Of a DNA stretch of 64,000 nt, positions 38,288 to 58,988 are shown piece by piece. The stretch is from Microbotryum violaceum (Eukaryota): assembly GCA_001244265.2 (NCBI GenBank), contig CDLV01000004.1:3286001-3350000 (forward strand). Reading direction: 5' to 3'. Each line of letters opens with the position of its first letter. Position 1 is the stretch's first letter. Below the pieces are notes generated by a model that ran no database searches, had not been told where the DNA came from, and was given only the letters and a program-made list of their open reading frames with translations. The translations under genes and the position numbers were made by a program.

Positions 38288-38465
38288 GGAAGGAAAGGCT
38301 CGCACCTGGCTCGCGAATTTCAGGGGCTTGTACTCAGCGTCGTGGCTTTGAGATTCTGCGCTGTGCTGCAATATGATATGAAGGTTGCATTGCTCTGCAG
38401 GAAGAAGAGCCTTAAACATGCAGAATTTAGTGCCGGCTCTGAAGTTGTGTGTGGCAGGTCGGACA

Positions 38466-41400
38466 TTATTTTTGAGGCCCCCCTTCAATGCTAAGGTCCG
38501 AATCCGATTCCAAACTTCTGCTCGGGCTCCGTGAGTGGCTAGGACGTGGTGGCACAGCTTCGGGAGCTACAGCCTTCTTGCCCGATCTGCCCGCCTTGAA
38601 GCGTTTTCGACCTCTTGGCAAGCACATAATTTTCTCAAGCTGGGAAGTGAATTAGGTAGAAGAGGGCGTGAGCATCTCGGTGCGGTATTGGTGAGCCCCG
38701 TAGATAATCTTACCTGTCGCACCTTCTCGCCTCTCGATGCATCTCCGACCTCTTCATCTTCATCCCCGGCTTTTGTGGGATCATAGCCAATCAGACGAAC
38801 GGCATGCGTGGAGAAAGCTCGCCGTTCAGCCGGAGCAGCCGGTGGGCCAAAAGCTTCTTCACCGAGACTTTTGGACGTTGATTTCTTCGCTTTCGGCTCT
38901 ACTGTCGAGTTGTCAACCTGCCCATTTGCATTCAAGCTGGCTTCCGCTGGGACCGTTCGACGGGCCAAGTATTGCCCTCCTAATGTTTTCCCCTGGTCGT
39001 GCTGTAATAGGACCTTGAGTTCACGCTCGGCAGTTTGTTGCGCCTTTCTCTTGCTTGCCCGTGACTTCTCCAAATCTGCCAACGTTGGGCCATCTCTAAT
39101 CCCTTGCACGTAGCCGCCTGACCCATTTCCGCTCGTTATGGCAGCATGTCGTAATTCAGAAGCGATGACAGCTTTGATCCGCCCTGGGTTGTTATCGACG
39201 AACTGTTTGGAAGATCCGCTACGGGTGACGTAGGTCTTCACCCCGTCATTCAAAGAGGTGTTGTCGCGGGGTAAGAGGCCGATTTTCCTCACTGGGTCGT
39301 ATTCGTCCTTGATTGCAAAGCGCGCAGCCCTCGTTTTCGCGCTGGGGACAAACTGGTGTTCGAATTCGGAAGGATTGAACGTCGAAATGGTCGAAAGGCT
39401 CGAATTCCTTTGAGAGAATGGGGCACGATCCGTAGCACGTTAGTACATCGAGCAGTGTCCGAAAGTCTGCACCAAAAGGGACTCACACATTCGCCGTCTC
39501 GGGGCGGCGCACTCCCGTTGCTTTGACTGCTCTGTGCACATGGTACTGGCAGTACTTGTTCACACGACTTACGGTCATGTTCCATAAGAGTCAAAATTCT
39601 GGGTTTTGTAGACGATAGCTGTGGTCAGACGTCAGACTCACCCGTCGCACCACTCGTCACAGGAGTTGCCGTTAGCTTTGCGCGCTTTGCAGCTGCTCAA
39701 ATCCTGCGCTTGCCCAATAATCATCATCGAGTCGGCGTTTTGGGGAACAAGAGTGTAAACGTTGCTTTTCCCCGGATACTGCAAGTTTCGAGAATAGCTT
39801 AGCGAGATTGTCTCAGTGTTACTTGGGAAACTAGTGACATTCGTGAATGATGGCAACATCTTACCTCCCTGGGTTTCAAGATCCGGGGATTCAGGATCGC
39901 TACTACTGCACCAACGCTTTCTTTCCAGAACTTTTCGTACGCGCCCCCACTTCCGCCCTGGTAAACTGGTACCTGGTAGCCGTCCGCTTCGATACGATTG
40001 TTGACACTGTAGGCCTCAAACAGGATGACGTTCAAAATGCCATGACCACTTGAGCTCGCTTCCGGGGTGGAGAGGTCAACGAGAGTGAAGCGTAGATTTT
40101 TTCGCTCTTTGGTCCCATCTTTCGCGTTGGGATTCGTTACCTTGACCGGGCCTTTCCAGGCGAGCACGCCAACAACGATGAAGTCTGCATCCAACTCGAC
40201 ATCGACTTCATCCGTGCCTCTCTGATAGCGAGCGCAAGAGTACAATAGCGAGGGGCTTAGATGGTAGCGATCGGAGAAATGGTGTTGGAGGTCCTCATGC
40301 GGGATGCATCGCGAGCCAGGGCTGAGTTCACGAAGAGCAAGCCTGTGTGTGAGCGCCATCGCGGAGTTCGCGTTTCACAATCCACACCACATGTAGCTCA
40401 CCGGAGTCTGATCTTGCTGAAAGGTTCGATCGTCGCATACTCGGGATCACCGGGTACGGGTGGATGAGCCAGCGGGCCAAGCTGAAGATGCTCGATCACC
40501 TTGCCATCTCGAGTCCGTTTGGTGGGGTTGTTCGGCGCACCAATGATATCGAGATCATCAGCTTCAGCCCTTTTGTCATGGCCGGCGACGTCAGTAGGAT
40601 CATCTGGTCGAGCGTGCGTTTCGCTTCGGGTCGTCTTGGGGGCTGCAAGTGTGTTTGCCGTCGCCTTACGTAGATGGTGTTGCGCACTACGAAAGCGCGC
40701 AATCTTACCTCCCTTGCCTCGTAATTCTGCAAGAGGGTCTGCTGGCTCCTTCCGTTTCTTCGACTTTGGTTGCTTTGCTGGGCGATCAAGTCCAGCCACC
40801 TTCTGGCTTGTGGAGGCTACCGCGGCGGCGCGGCGATCGAAGAGAGCAAAGCTCGAACTACGAGTCGTTTCTCGCCTCCGGGCTTCGCTGTGGGACTTGA
40901 CCTTGTGGATTTTATCGAGACCTTTCAAAAGTTGGGATTGACCGTCTGTGAAGTATAAGCTGGTATCATCAGCTCGGATACAGGGGTGGTCATGGCTCCA
41001 GAGCAAATCACCCACTTTGCACGGGCTCTGCGAAGACCAGTTCGGCATGGTCGAACGTGGTGCGATCCTTCCCCTTTCCGCGTTCGCAATGATCCGACCT
41101 GGAAGATGTGCGCGGGCCGCCATGCCTTTTGCTATCCTTGGCCCCGTCGAAATTATCCTCCCACTCGTCGGCAGGACTGTCCTTGTCCCCGATGACCGAC
41201 AGCCGGGGTCGCTCGCCTGACGACGAAATGCAGGGAGACTCGGATCAGGGCATTATGCTCTATACAGCACAATCATAGATGGCTGGAGCTTACGAGGACT
41301 TGGGCTGGCAGGAATGAGCAGATAAGTACCACTGTCAGTCCCGACTTGGCGATGATGGGTCGCAACTTGAGCGAGAGCTTGAAGTGCGTTGCTATCTGAC

Positions 41401-41486
41401 GCTGCACGTCTCGAGTCTACTTCTGTCGGATCGTAAACAGACGCAGGCAGTAGAGCTATATCATCTTGAGGACGAGTGCGTTGCAT
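38466..41486 (-). CDS. MCM10: DNA replication factor Mcm10, multi-exon (start approximate)
   Basis: IEPFSKIRL, an OB-fold segment (FIVVGVLAWKG..FTLVDL..AVVAILNPRILKP) and CCCH finger IGQAQDLSSCKARKANGNSCDEWCD..YCQYH. The last exon ends SDSDLSIEGGPQK*. Confidence 0.85.
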
Positions 41487-41607
41487 TGCCGAGCAACGGC
41501 ACTTTGTCGACGTGACCGCGTGACAGATAGAGGATCGATTGAGCGAAACGGGACGCGTCGCGGCACGATGAGCCGCTCGTCTGCAGTGGCACGCGCCGCG
41601 CTTGGAC

Positions 41608-41841
41608 AGGACCCCCGAAAGCCCAGCCATAGGCGGCCCTCAAAAAAACGGCCTTTTTCGAGGCAAAATGTCCAAATATGAGGGCCGCCTAGTGTTGCTA
41701 CAAGCTCTACAATGCTCACAAATTTTTCTGCGCTGCGTTTTCGCCGCGCGCGGGCCGGAAAGGTCGTGCGCGCGCACACCAAGCACCAAGAGCGCCGCCA
41801 GCGCTCCGCTCCACACCCGCCCCGCCGCGATCCATTGCCGC
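41608..41841 (+). mobile_element. Family-2 transposon end, interrupted by a LINE
   Basis: AGGACCCCCGAAAGCCCAGCC; homologous to the 30014 and 34125 ends. Confidence 0.9.
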
Positions 41842-44448
41842 TTTGTTTTTATCTAATAAATTTCATTAACAGCATATCTATATTAATGCCTAAAAATCCC
41901 CGGAAAAGACGGAGGGAATGCAGTTAAGCACACTGGCTAGGCCAGTAGTGTAGGACTCGTTGACCATGGAACAAAATCAACCATACCCACTAAAAAACCC
42001 CTTAGGTGATTACAGCGAAACCAGTCGTCCCTTGGACTCCTGGATGGACGCGCGGAGCTCCTCGAATGCCGTTTCGGCGATCGGCTTCAGAGGATCCGAC
42101 GAAAATCAGCGGTGACGAGAGAGCTTCCAGATCGCGTAGAAGAAGAGTAGACACAGCTCGAAGACTCGGCGTTCCGAGCGAGAAACGACCGGGCACACGA
42201 ACTGAACAAAGTCGGGGTGTGGGATAGGAGTGAGCGCAGACCAGAGGCGGCGGGCAAACGGGCAACCAACCGCTAGGTGTGCCAGGGTCTCCGGAGCCTC
42301 CGACAGGCACATGACACATGCGGTAGATCGATTGTGGAGAAAAGGGCTGTTTGGAGAAGCGAGTTGGCTACCTGGATGAAGAGACCCCAAGGAGAGGAGG
42401 TGGGCCGTGTCTTCGGCGTCCGAATGAACCCTGCGAACCTTGCGTAGCGCCTTCCACCAGCCATATCAGCGCTGCTCGGGGAGACAGAAAACCCTCTGAC
42501 GACCGACAGGGAGGATAGGAGGATAGAGGAAGGCTTGGTGGCGTTTGGACGCGTTCACACGAATACGGAGTCATCACCTCGCCATCGGGTCCTCGAAAAG
42601 CGTCGGGTTCACCGAGAGTTGGATTCCGTGGCCTGCTGGGAAGTAGAGGACGTGTGTTGCCCATCGCTCGAGATTCGGGCTCTTGGAAAGCTCGGGGGGT
42701 TGAGCGTTGTCACCAAATCCCAGGCTTCGAAGTAGCGGATCCATCGTGGAGGGAGCACCGCCTTCGTCTTCCTCACCGCGCGTTCCCACTGTGGAGGAGG
42801 GTTGCAAAAGTAGGCCCACCAGATCCAGACCCACGAGCGACGATGTGGGTTGGGGCCCGATTTGGGCAAGGTAAAAGGGGTGCGTTCGTCCGCCGCCTGA
42901 AGGCGAGTGCGGATGTCGAAGAGGTGCCGAATGAAGCAGCCGTCCGGGTCCCGAAGATGAGAGATCCACTTTGCGTGATCGATCGCGAGACGCCGAGGTA
43001 AGTCGATCAAACCGAAGCCACCGTGGTCGAGAGGGGTGCAGAGGCGCAGGCGAGAAACCTTCGGGGATTTCTGAGATCCGTCCGAGGCTCGACCGTGGAT
43101 AGCGATCATGACCGCGTCCTCGATCTCCTTGACAACGCTCTTGGGAGATGGGATGAAGCGATTGTAGTAGAGAATCTTCGTGTAGCAGTAGATATTGATT
43201 ATCGAACATTTTGCTGTGTACGGAAGGTCGTACATCGGGATGGATCGTATCCTGGCGACGGTCGCGGACTTGACCTCCTCCCAGCCCGCATCCTCGGCGA
43301 TGTCCACCCCAACCTGCACTCCCAGGTAACGAAACTGCGAGTCACTGAGACGCCAGGAGCCGAGATGTGAAGGGATCGGACGGTCCCTGAATGACCCGAG
43401 GGGGTAGAGGAAAGATTTGGCGTCGCTGAGCTTGCTGGCACTTGCCCGCTCGTACAGCTCGATCGCCCGATTGAGGTGGTCGAGGTCCGAGGTGTCGTGG
43501 AGAGCACAGCAGGCATCGTCGGCGAAGAGAAGCTCTCGTATGGTTGGAAGTCCTGGGCTCGCGATGCCCTTGACTTGTGATCGTATCTGTACGGCGAAGC
43601 CCTCGATTGCGAGAACGAAAAGCGACGGAGCCAGCGGATCGCCTTGTCGGACTCCCGAGAGGATTTCGAGCGCGGCCGAGAGCCATCAACTCTCCAAAGC
43701 CGCTTGCACAGTGATTTTTAGCGAGAGGTGATGTCATGTTGCAGCGGGGCTCGAGAAACCGAAAGGGACCGTGTCGTAACTAACAACTCGGTCACTCTTG
43801 AAATGTATCAAAGTAAGAAAGAGACATTAAAGTGTAAATAGGGAAGGTGGGCGGGAAGCTTAAAGGACCGAGAGATCGCTTTGCGAGGCGTAGCGATCGG
43901 GGATGATAAGTAACAGGGCAACTATGACTGAGGCACGGCGTAGCATACCTTTGCGAGGCGTAGCGCAGGCGTTCAACACAATTGAACGAGCGTCCGGGAA
44001 GACTCCGCAGGAGGTAGCCTATGGGATGCTATGCGTTAGTTTGGTGCGCCCAACTAGAGCGATCCAGGAAAGGGTGGAGATCGTACAGAGAGGTCGCGGA
44101 GAACTACTGCAGGGCAAGTGAGCTATGAGTACGTCGTGCAACTAGCCGAGCGTATTCTGAACACTTACCTCGAGCGCGTGGCAGGCGTGCGTGCGTCGAG
44201 GGTTTCTGGAGAGCAGCGGGCTGCTGTAAGGTCCTGATGAAGGAGACTGCTGAGTGAGCGACGGATCGCTTGGATGAGGACCCAATGTTGGAGGACCAAC
44301 TGACCCTTGGCAGAGGGTGGCAGTGCTGGAGCAGCGAGCTGGTCCCAGAACGTGTCGACGGTGCGGAACCGAGGAGAGGGTAAGCGGCGCGGACGCGAGG
44401 CACTCGCAGAGAGGCTGAGGGCTCTCAGGAACTCACGGAGAGACCTAG
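41842..44448 (-). mobile_element. LINE family II remnant (RT C-terminus, Zn knuckle, 3'UTR; rearranged upstream part)
   Basis: GVRQGDPLAPSLF and LFADD in 43500-43660, ORF 42609-43319, and an A-rich tail at 41842. Assignment of 43740-44448 is tentative. Confidence 0.8.
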
Positions 44449-51277
<6,829 letters not shown>

Positions 51278-54200
51278 TTTTTTTTTTTTGTAGAAACTGT
51301 TCATCATATTGCCCCCAATTCATGTTCCCCCTATTTGGCCTACGGAAAAAACTAGATGGAAGTCGACGATGATAACACAAACCGCCCGCAAGATGCGAGA
51401 AACGGGCCGGTGTCCACCAATCCGATACTTGGGATTCAAGTGCCCGAGCCAAGCGGTTGCTCCCCCCAGGAGACGAATGAGAGAGAGAAGATGAGAGAGA
51501 GAAGAAGAGAGAGAGAGAAAGAGAAAGATTACAAAAATAATTGACTAACGACAAGAGACCCACCCCGCCGTCACTTCCCAACTCGGTCGAGACAAAGACA
51601 AGAGAGCGACTGCGCAGCTACCCTGACCCGCGAAGTCCCAAGTCTATACTCGGTCACAACAAGACGCGGTGGAGGCCCCTCAAAACCTCCACCTCAGCAG
51701 TCCCTGGCCCCTCAAAGCCGACTTTCTGCCTGTGTCTGCTGATCCCTCCCTTGACTCAGAACCCCGAAGCCAAAGAGCGCGAGTCACCGTCGAGTCAATC
51801 TCAAATCGCGAGCCGGTCCATGAGGAACGAAGGCAGACCTGTAATAGATGAAAGATGAAAGCAAGATATTTAGTATACAGTGTTTTGTTGGAAGATGAAG
51901 CGTGATGGTGTGTGTGTGTGGGGTGTGGAGGGGGGAAATCGAACCCAGCCTCTACTGCCCTCGCCCGCCCCTTGCTCCTCCCGCCCTCAACTTCATCCTC
52001 TCCTCCAGTACCACCCTCCTCCTCTCCACGCTTTCCATCCTCGTCCCGTGCTTCTGCATCCTCCATCTCCCACTGCTGATCATCTCCAAAACCATCCCCG
52101 TGAAGATCTCGATCGTCCAGCCCGCCCCTTCCTGTTCGCTGAGCTTGGCCTTGAGCTTGGGGAGGCCAAAGAGCCGTTGCAGTGTCGTGTACTGGGCGTC
52201 CTCGATCGTTTCGCACCCGAGTGCGTCGCAGAGCACGCCCCTTGCCGCGATCCAGACGTTCCGCGAGTCAACGCAGCCGAAAAAGTAGTGGTCGGTGTCG
52301 TCCACCGGCGCTTCGCAGACGAGGCACGCGGGGAAGTGTCGTGCTTTTGTTGATGTTGCAGCTTGCGCGTCGGGGTGAAGCGGAGAATCAGCTTGAACCA
52401 AACTTCCCTCTCCCTCGCCGTCAGTGCCTTCGAGTTGACCGCCTTCCAAAAGCTCCTGAGGCCGTCCGGCTGCGGTGGTCCCTTGAGCCCGAGCGTGTTG
52501 GTAAAGGCCTTCGCGTTCAGGACCCGGCGGATGCGACGGATGGTGTACGGTCGAGCCATGTTCAGCAGCTTGTACTGGCTCGCCTGCTGCGGAAGCACCG
52601 GGTCCGGAAGGCGCTGCTCCATTGCGAAGCGGGCCACGGGCTTGGGGAGAATCGCCTCGAGCGGTGCGCTGGTGCCGATCCGGGGAGGCACGTTGAGCCG
52701 TCCTGCCGCCACCGCCACCGCCAAGGGCGTGTTCTTGTGTCGATCGACAGTGAACCGGTACCAGGCCGCGATTGCCAGTCGCTGCGGGAGCCCGCGTCGA
52801 TCGTACTCGCTGTTGTCGCCGAGCACATCCGCCGGCGGCGTCCAAAGGTGAAACCCCCCACCCGCATACAACTCGCGCCGGTAGAGATCCGCCACCTTCG
52901 GGTAGCCCTGGAGACGAAGGTAGTCAGGTATATGAACCGCGTCGATGGTCTGTCTCCTTCTGATGGGGGTGTGGAGGCTGCCGAGCAAGGTGGGAAGCGC
53001 GAGCAGGTTCGCGGTGGTCAAGGTCCTCGGGTTGACCTGCGCGTCTTGCTGTTTCGGAACCCCCAATGCTGCTCGCCATCGGGGATGGAGGTCGCTGGGG
53101 ATGGGAGTGGATGGATGTGGCCAGAGATCGGTGGCCAGGTCGAGGTCGGACTGAGCTCGCTGGAGTGCCGCGCGCGCAAGTCCTTGCAAGTCCTTGCCAG
53201 ATCGCGCCCGAACCGCCGAGAAGAACGTCCCAGATCCGTGCCGCAACCGCGTCCACGACGTCCTGCATCCTGATCACCCGAGTCCCCCCTTGAGCTTGGC
53301 TGTGAACACGATATCTCTGCCGTAGCTGGTCCTGCCCTTGCCCCACGGACGAAATCGACGAGCATGTCATCGAGCTTCTTGACGACTTCGGGCGGCGGGA
53401 TGTCGGCTGCAAGGAAGTGCAGGATCTTGGGATGGCGTACCGATTGACGTAAAAGGCACGGGTGTGGTGTGTGAGCCAGCGATGCTGAACCCCTTCCAGC
53501 GTCGCCTCGAGGCGTTCGATGAGATTCGCGTAGGCGAGTTCGGTGTCGCCGCTCGGGTCGAAGGGAGGCCGATCCACTCGAGCGACTCGCCTGCGGCCTT
53601 GACGACGAGCGGGCGTTGCCCCGGGTCCCAGCGGCGTCCGATCGGTAGGACGACCGTCTTGTCCGTGTTGAGCCGGCCATTCGTTGCATGCCTCCAGTCG
53701 AGCGCCAGGTCATCGAGCAAGTTGAGTGACCCCAAGCCCGCGACGGCGACGACAACGTCATCGGCAAAAGCAAGCGATGTAATGGCGCGGCTCTGTGGGT
53801 ACGGATGAAGTGCAGGTATGGAGAGATTCAGCGCGATGTTTCGACGGTGTAGAGCATCCAGAAACGGCTGAAACACGATGTCCCAGACCGATGACGACGC
53901 CGGGTCCCCTTGGCCGAGCCCACACGTCAGTCGTACCGGCGCCGTCAAGAACCCATTGATGATGTAGCGGGCCGAGGTCGAGTCACTCGAGTGGAGCATC
54001 CTCAGCACGCAAAGAAAGGTGGCAGGAGCGCCCAGAGCGTCAAAGATGGCAAAGATCCAGTCATGCTCGACGAGGTCGTAGGCGGACGATTGGTCAAGAG
54101 ATAAGAGTGCGGCCGCGGGGAACTCGGTCCTGCGCGCGCCAACTTCCTCGATCAGGAGACGAAGGTGTAGTGCAGCGTCAGCCGATCGGCGGTCCTTGAC

Positions 54201-57063
54201 GAATCCGTGCTGCTGCGGCGGGAGGAGATCGGGTAGAATCTGGTTCAAACGGGCGACATAGACCTTGGTAAAGATCTTGTAATCGCACTCGCGCAGGGTG
54301 ATCGGCCGGTACGACGAAAGTTCGGCGCGATCGGCATTCTTCTTGTGTCGCTTGAAGATGAGGCGCACGAGTCCTTGGCACTGCTTGGGAGAGAGTGAGC
54401 CTCGCTCTATCATCGCGTTGTAGGCCTTGGTCAGCACCTTGGCCCACGCCTTGGGTGCGGTCTGATAGAGTTCGTAGGGCACGCCCGACGGTCCCGGCGA
54501 TCGCCCCGGGTGCATCGTCCCGATCGCGGCCACGACCTCGTCCTCGGTGATTGGTCGCTGGAGTAAGTCGATCTGCGATTCCGAGAGTCGGCGCAGAAAG
54601 AGAGGATCCGAGCGCGGGTCGTCGCAAGTCCGCGCCGCCCTGATCGGCGCGAGGAATTCGTCCCGAAGTCGGTCGACGCGGTCCGGGTCACGAGGCTCGA
54701 TGTGGTAGAGGCGCTGGAAATGCGCCTGCGTGTGGTCAAGAGCGACATCAATGTCATGCGTTAGCTCTCCGTTGCTCAAGCGCAGTGCTGTGATCTTGGA
54801 GTCCGAGTTCCGCGCCGCGAGCTTGGCGTGGACCGGCCGCGACAGTCGTTCCTCGGAGGCGATCTCGGGTACGTGGGCTCGGATCCGGAGTAGGCGCGCG
54901 CGCTCCTCGACCGCCCGCTTGAGTTCCTCGGACGTCCTTGTCCATTCTGCCGTTTCCGCCTCCCCCCATTCCGGTATCGCCTCCAGATCCTGCACCCTCC
55001 CACCAAATACTCCATCCGTTCCGTCCGCTCCCGATGCAACCTCCTCGCCATCTCCCCACCCCTATCCCTGCACGCCTTCAGAATGACCTCGAGCTTCCCC
55101 ACCGGTTCCTCCCCGCTTGCCCCTTCCAACCATCCTTCCATCATCCGCTGGAATTCCACCGTCTTAAAGGTTGTGGTGTTGATTCGATGTATTTGGTTTG
55201 ATGTGGTAGGTAGGCTGAGCTGTGGGAGGGTCGCATCAGGATCGTCTGAGAGAGCCAGCACAATCAAGACCGGTCGGTGATCGGAAAGCTCCTTGGGATA
55301 GTCGTAGATCGTCGAGGCCTGATCGAGTCTTTTTTGGTGTGTCCGTTGCAGAAGAAAGTAGTCAAGCCGGGAGAAGGAGTTGGGTCGCTTGCGATTGGGA
55401 TTAGGTCGAGTGAAGGATGGGGTGATGGGGTGTTTGTAGCGGATGCAGTCCGTGTAGGCCGAGTCGAGCTTGCCGATCAGGATTGGCCAGTGGTGGCCGC
55501 GCCGACTTTGGTTCCGCCGATCGACTTCTGGGCGCGGGCAGTCGTTGAGATCACCGCCAAGGAGTCGGAGATGGGATTTCTATGTTTTGTGAAATAAGAG
55601 TTTGTCAAAGAATTTCGCTCGTTGCTTTGGGTCAACAGGTGCATAAATGTTGTTGATTTCTAGAATTTTGATGTTGCCCCGCAGACGAAAGGACGTGACA
55701 AGGAGCCGGCCATCGAGTGCCGAGTGGGTGCGCAAGAGCTCGGCGTCGATCAGGGGGGAGTCAGCCGGAATTAGAGTCAGACAATGTTGGTTGATGAAGA
55801 GCTTGCCCTCGTACTCGTCCTTGATGAGTTGCCAGAGGTGCGGTCTGATGAAGTGCTCTTGTATGAGAATGGCCGATGCTTTGAAAAGGGATAGGTAGTT
55901 GTAAATGTCACGTCGTTTCTCCGGGACCCCCATACCCCTCCTCACGTTCCAGGTGATGATGGTGGGCTTAATCATTAATGGGTAGTTGAGGTCGAAGCGC
56001 TCCTGGCGGTGGTGACGTCCTCAAAGAGGGGGAGGGCGGGCAGGACATCGTCCTCGGGCTCGTGGTCGGACCATCTTTTCTCCTCGGCTACCCCTTTGCT
56101 TTCCCTCGGTCCACTTTTGTCACGCCAACCGGCATCGCCGCCGCCGCTGACATCGACCTCGTCACCCTCCGCCCCTCTGTTCCATCCTTGACAACGACGC
56201 GGCTCTTCCCTTTGATGATCACTCGCTTGGCGTCGGTCGGTTCGTCACTCGGGTCACTGAGGTCCGCCGCAGTCTGCGACCTCTTCATTACCGGCTTTTT
56301 GAACTTCGCAGCGGTCCCCCTGATATTGATGGAACGTATCTCACCGTGCTCATCCCACGTGGCAAAGTTGTGACGCACCAAAGGAGTTTCAGCGTCGAGC
56401 CTCCTCTCGATGCTTTGGTCCCGCTCGAGTCGTGCCTGCTCAACCCAGTTAGCTCTGATCCTGTCCCACTCCTCCCCCTCGCGAAGCGACTTGGCAAGAG
56501 TTTCGGGTGACAAAGGTGGGGTTGGTTCGTGGGTGTCGATTTGCGGGAAGCGGTGGCGGTGGTTGCTGTTGCGTCGCTGTCGTCGTCATTGTCCAGCCTG
56601 TTTGTCTGCTCTAAGTCCGTCGCTTCCACGTTCTGCGCTTTTGTCGCTCCCCCTGCCTCGTCCACATCGTCCACCTCCGTCGCCACCTCCTCTTCCTCCA
56701 TCTCCGTCGCCACCTCCCTTTCCTCCATCTCCGTCGCCACCTTGCCTTCTGTTTCGCCTCTTCATTCCGTCATCACCTCATCCTCATCAATCACCTCTCC
56801 ATCGGATCCTCTGCGGTCCTCTAAAACCGACTCGTCCTCGCTCTCAAGTTTGATGACCTCCGTTTTTGCGGTCGCCTCTGATTCCATCTCCGAGTCCTCC
56901 GAGTCCTCGTCATCCGCCTTATCACCAGCGTCCTCCTCCCCCGATTCCTCTGGCCCCTGTCCGCTCTGGCCAGTTACCGCTTCCTCCTGTCCCTCCTCAA
57001 CCTCGAGCCCGGCGAAGCGATTCTGTGATGCGATCCTGTTAACAACCGGCACAGGAATGGGGG
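51278..57063 (-). mobile_element. LINE-B (family I): 5'-truncated ORF1, full but frameshifted ORF2 (APE-RT-CCHC), ~650-nt 3'UTR, poly(A)
   Basis: ORF2 starts at 55975. YRPITL, QGDP, FADD and CLVC..DHYFFGC motifs. T12 run at 51278-51289 is the minus-strand poly(A). Confidence 0.93.
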
Positions 57064-58988
57064 CATATTGCCCCCAGTTCCTGTTCCCCCTGTTCTGGCC
57101 TACGGAAAAACTAGATGGAAGACTACGATGATAACACAAACCGCCCGCAAAGGTGCGAGAAACGAGCCAAGTCCACCAATCCGAGATTCGGATTCAAATG
57201 CCCTAGCCAAGCGGTTGCTCCCCCCCAAGAGACTAATGAGAGAGAGAAAGAGAGATGAAGAGAAAAAAAGAAAGAAAAGAAATGTACTAACGACAGAAGG
57301 CCCACCCCACAGCCACTTCCCACTTGGTCGAGACGAAGACAAGAGCACGACTGCGCAACCACCACGACCCTCGACGCTCCAAGTCTCTGCTCAGTCACAA
57401 CAAGGCGCGGTGAAGGTCCCTCAAAACCTCCCCCATCGGCAGTCCCTGGCCCCTCAAAGCCGACTTTCTGCCTGTGTCCGCTGATCCCTCCCTTGACTCA
57501 GAATCCCGAAGCCGAAGAGCGCGAGCCACACCGAGTCGACGCCAAATCGCGAGATGGTCCATGATCCGCAACGGTGAACCTGTAACAAATGAAAGATGAA
57601 AGCGATCTATTTAGTGTACAGTAGGAGAAAATGATGTCACGAGAATTTGGTGTGTGTGTGTGGTGGTGGTGGGGGAAAGTCGAACCCAGCCTCTACTGCC
57701 CTCTCCTCCCCCAAGCTCCTCCCGCCCTCAGCTTCAACCTCTCCTCCAAGATGATCCTCCTCCTCACAACACCCTCCATCCTCGTCCCCCACTTCTGCAT
57801 CCCCCACCTCCCGCTGCTGATCATCTCCAAGACCAGCCCGGTGAATATTTCGATCGTCCTCCCCGCTCCTTCTTGATCGCGCAGACTGGCCTTGAGCTTC
57901 GGAAGTCCGAACATGCGTTGAACAGCCGTGTAATGCGTGTTGTCGATCGTGTCGAGCCCCAGTGCGTCGCAGAGCACGCTCCTTGCCGCGATCCAAACGT
58001 TCCCAGAGTCAACGCAGTCGAAGAAGTAGTGCTCCCGATCGTCCTTGGGCGCTCCACAGACGAGGCACGCGGGCGAGTCGTCGTGCTTTTGATGAAACTG
58101 CAGACTCCGAGTCGGGGTGAAGTTCCTGACGAGCTTGAACCACACCTCACGTTCCCTCGCCGTCAATGCCTTCGAGTTGACCCCCTTCCAGAATCCCTTG
58201 ATATCGTCGAGTTGCAGCGAGTCCCTGAACTGATCGTGTCGGTGAAGGCCTTTGCATTCAAGACTCGGCGGACGCGACGGATGGTGTATGGCCGATCCAT
58301 GCTGAGCAAGTTGTATTGTGTTGATTGGTCTGGGAGAGCCGGTCTCGGAAGGCGCTGCGGCGGGTCGATCGGATGGGGCAGGATCGACTCGAGCGGCGTG
58401 GTGGGGCGGACCTCGGATCTGGGGCGGACTCGGGAGGCCCGTTGATTCGTACTGCCGCCACCGGTTGAGCTATTGGTGTGAACCTTAATCGATTGATCGC
58501 ATGCCGGTACCATGCCACAATGTGCTCTCGTTGTGGGCGGCCCCGTTGATCGTATTCGCTGTTGCTGACGACCACATCCGTCGGCGGCGTCCAGAGATGA
58601 AAGCCCCCGCCCGGGTACAGCTCGCGTCGAAACAGGTCCGCTACCTTGGCGTAAATGGCAAACGCAGCATAGTCGACGTCGTAGGGTGATTGCGACACAG
58701 CTGGTGCTCCCGGTAGGTAGTGAAGGGTGTGCAACTTGATCGGAAGGGCGAGAAGATTCGCGAGCGTCAACGTCCTCGGCTTGACTTGCGCATTGTGCGT
58801 CGATGGTACCTTCAGCACGGCCTGCCATCTTGGGTGTAGATTGGTTCAGATCGGAGTGTAGTCGCAAGGCCATGCATCAGTTGCCAAGTCAAAGTCGGGG
58901 GCGGGATGGGCTCGTACAATCGCCGCGCGCGCAAGTCCCTGCCAGATCGCATCCGAACCGCCAAGAAGCACATCCCAGACGCGTGTGT
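57064..58988 (-). mobile_element. LINE-A (family I): 3' ORF2 and 3'UTR, interrupted by Copia at 58989
   Basis: Diverged paralogue of 51306-53240; CLVCGAPKDDREHYFFDC motif. Confidence 0.9.

Noticed and set aside
38114-38488. MCM10 overlapping the VPS35 3' end
   Set aside because: The spliced MCM10 frame stops at 38466; this ORF is in another frame.
34126-41607. VPS35-MCM10 as cargo inside one transposon
   Set aside because: The flanking TIRs belong to elements extending away from the genes, and no shared TSD exists.
52182-53273. Long plus-strand ORFs opposite the LINEs and Copia elements
   Set aside because: Antisense shadows of GC-rich coding sequence.
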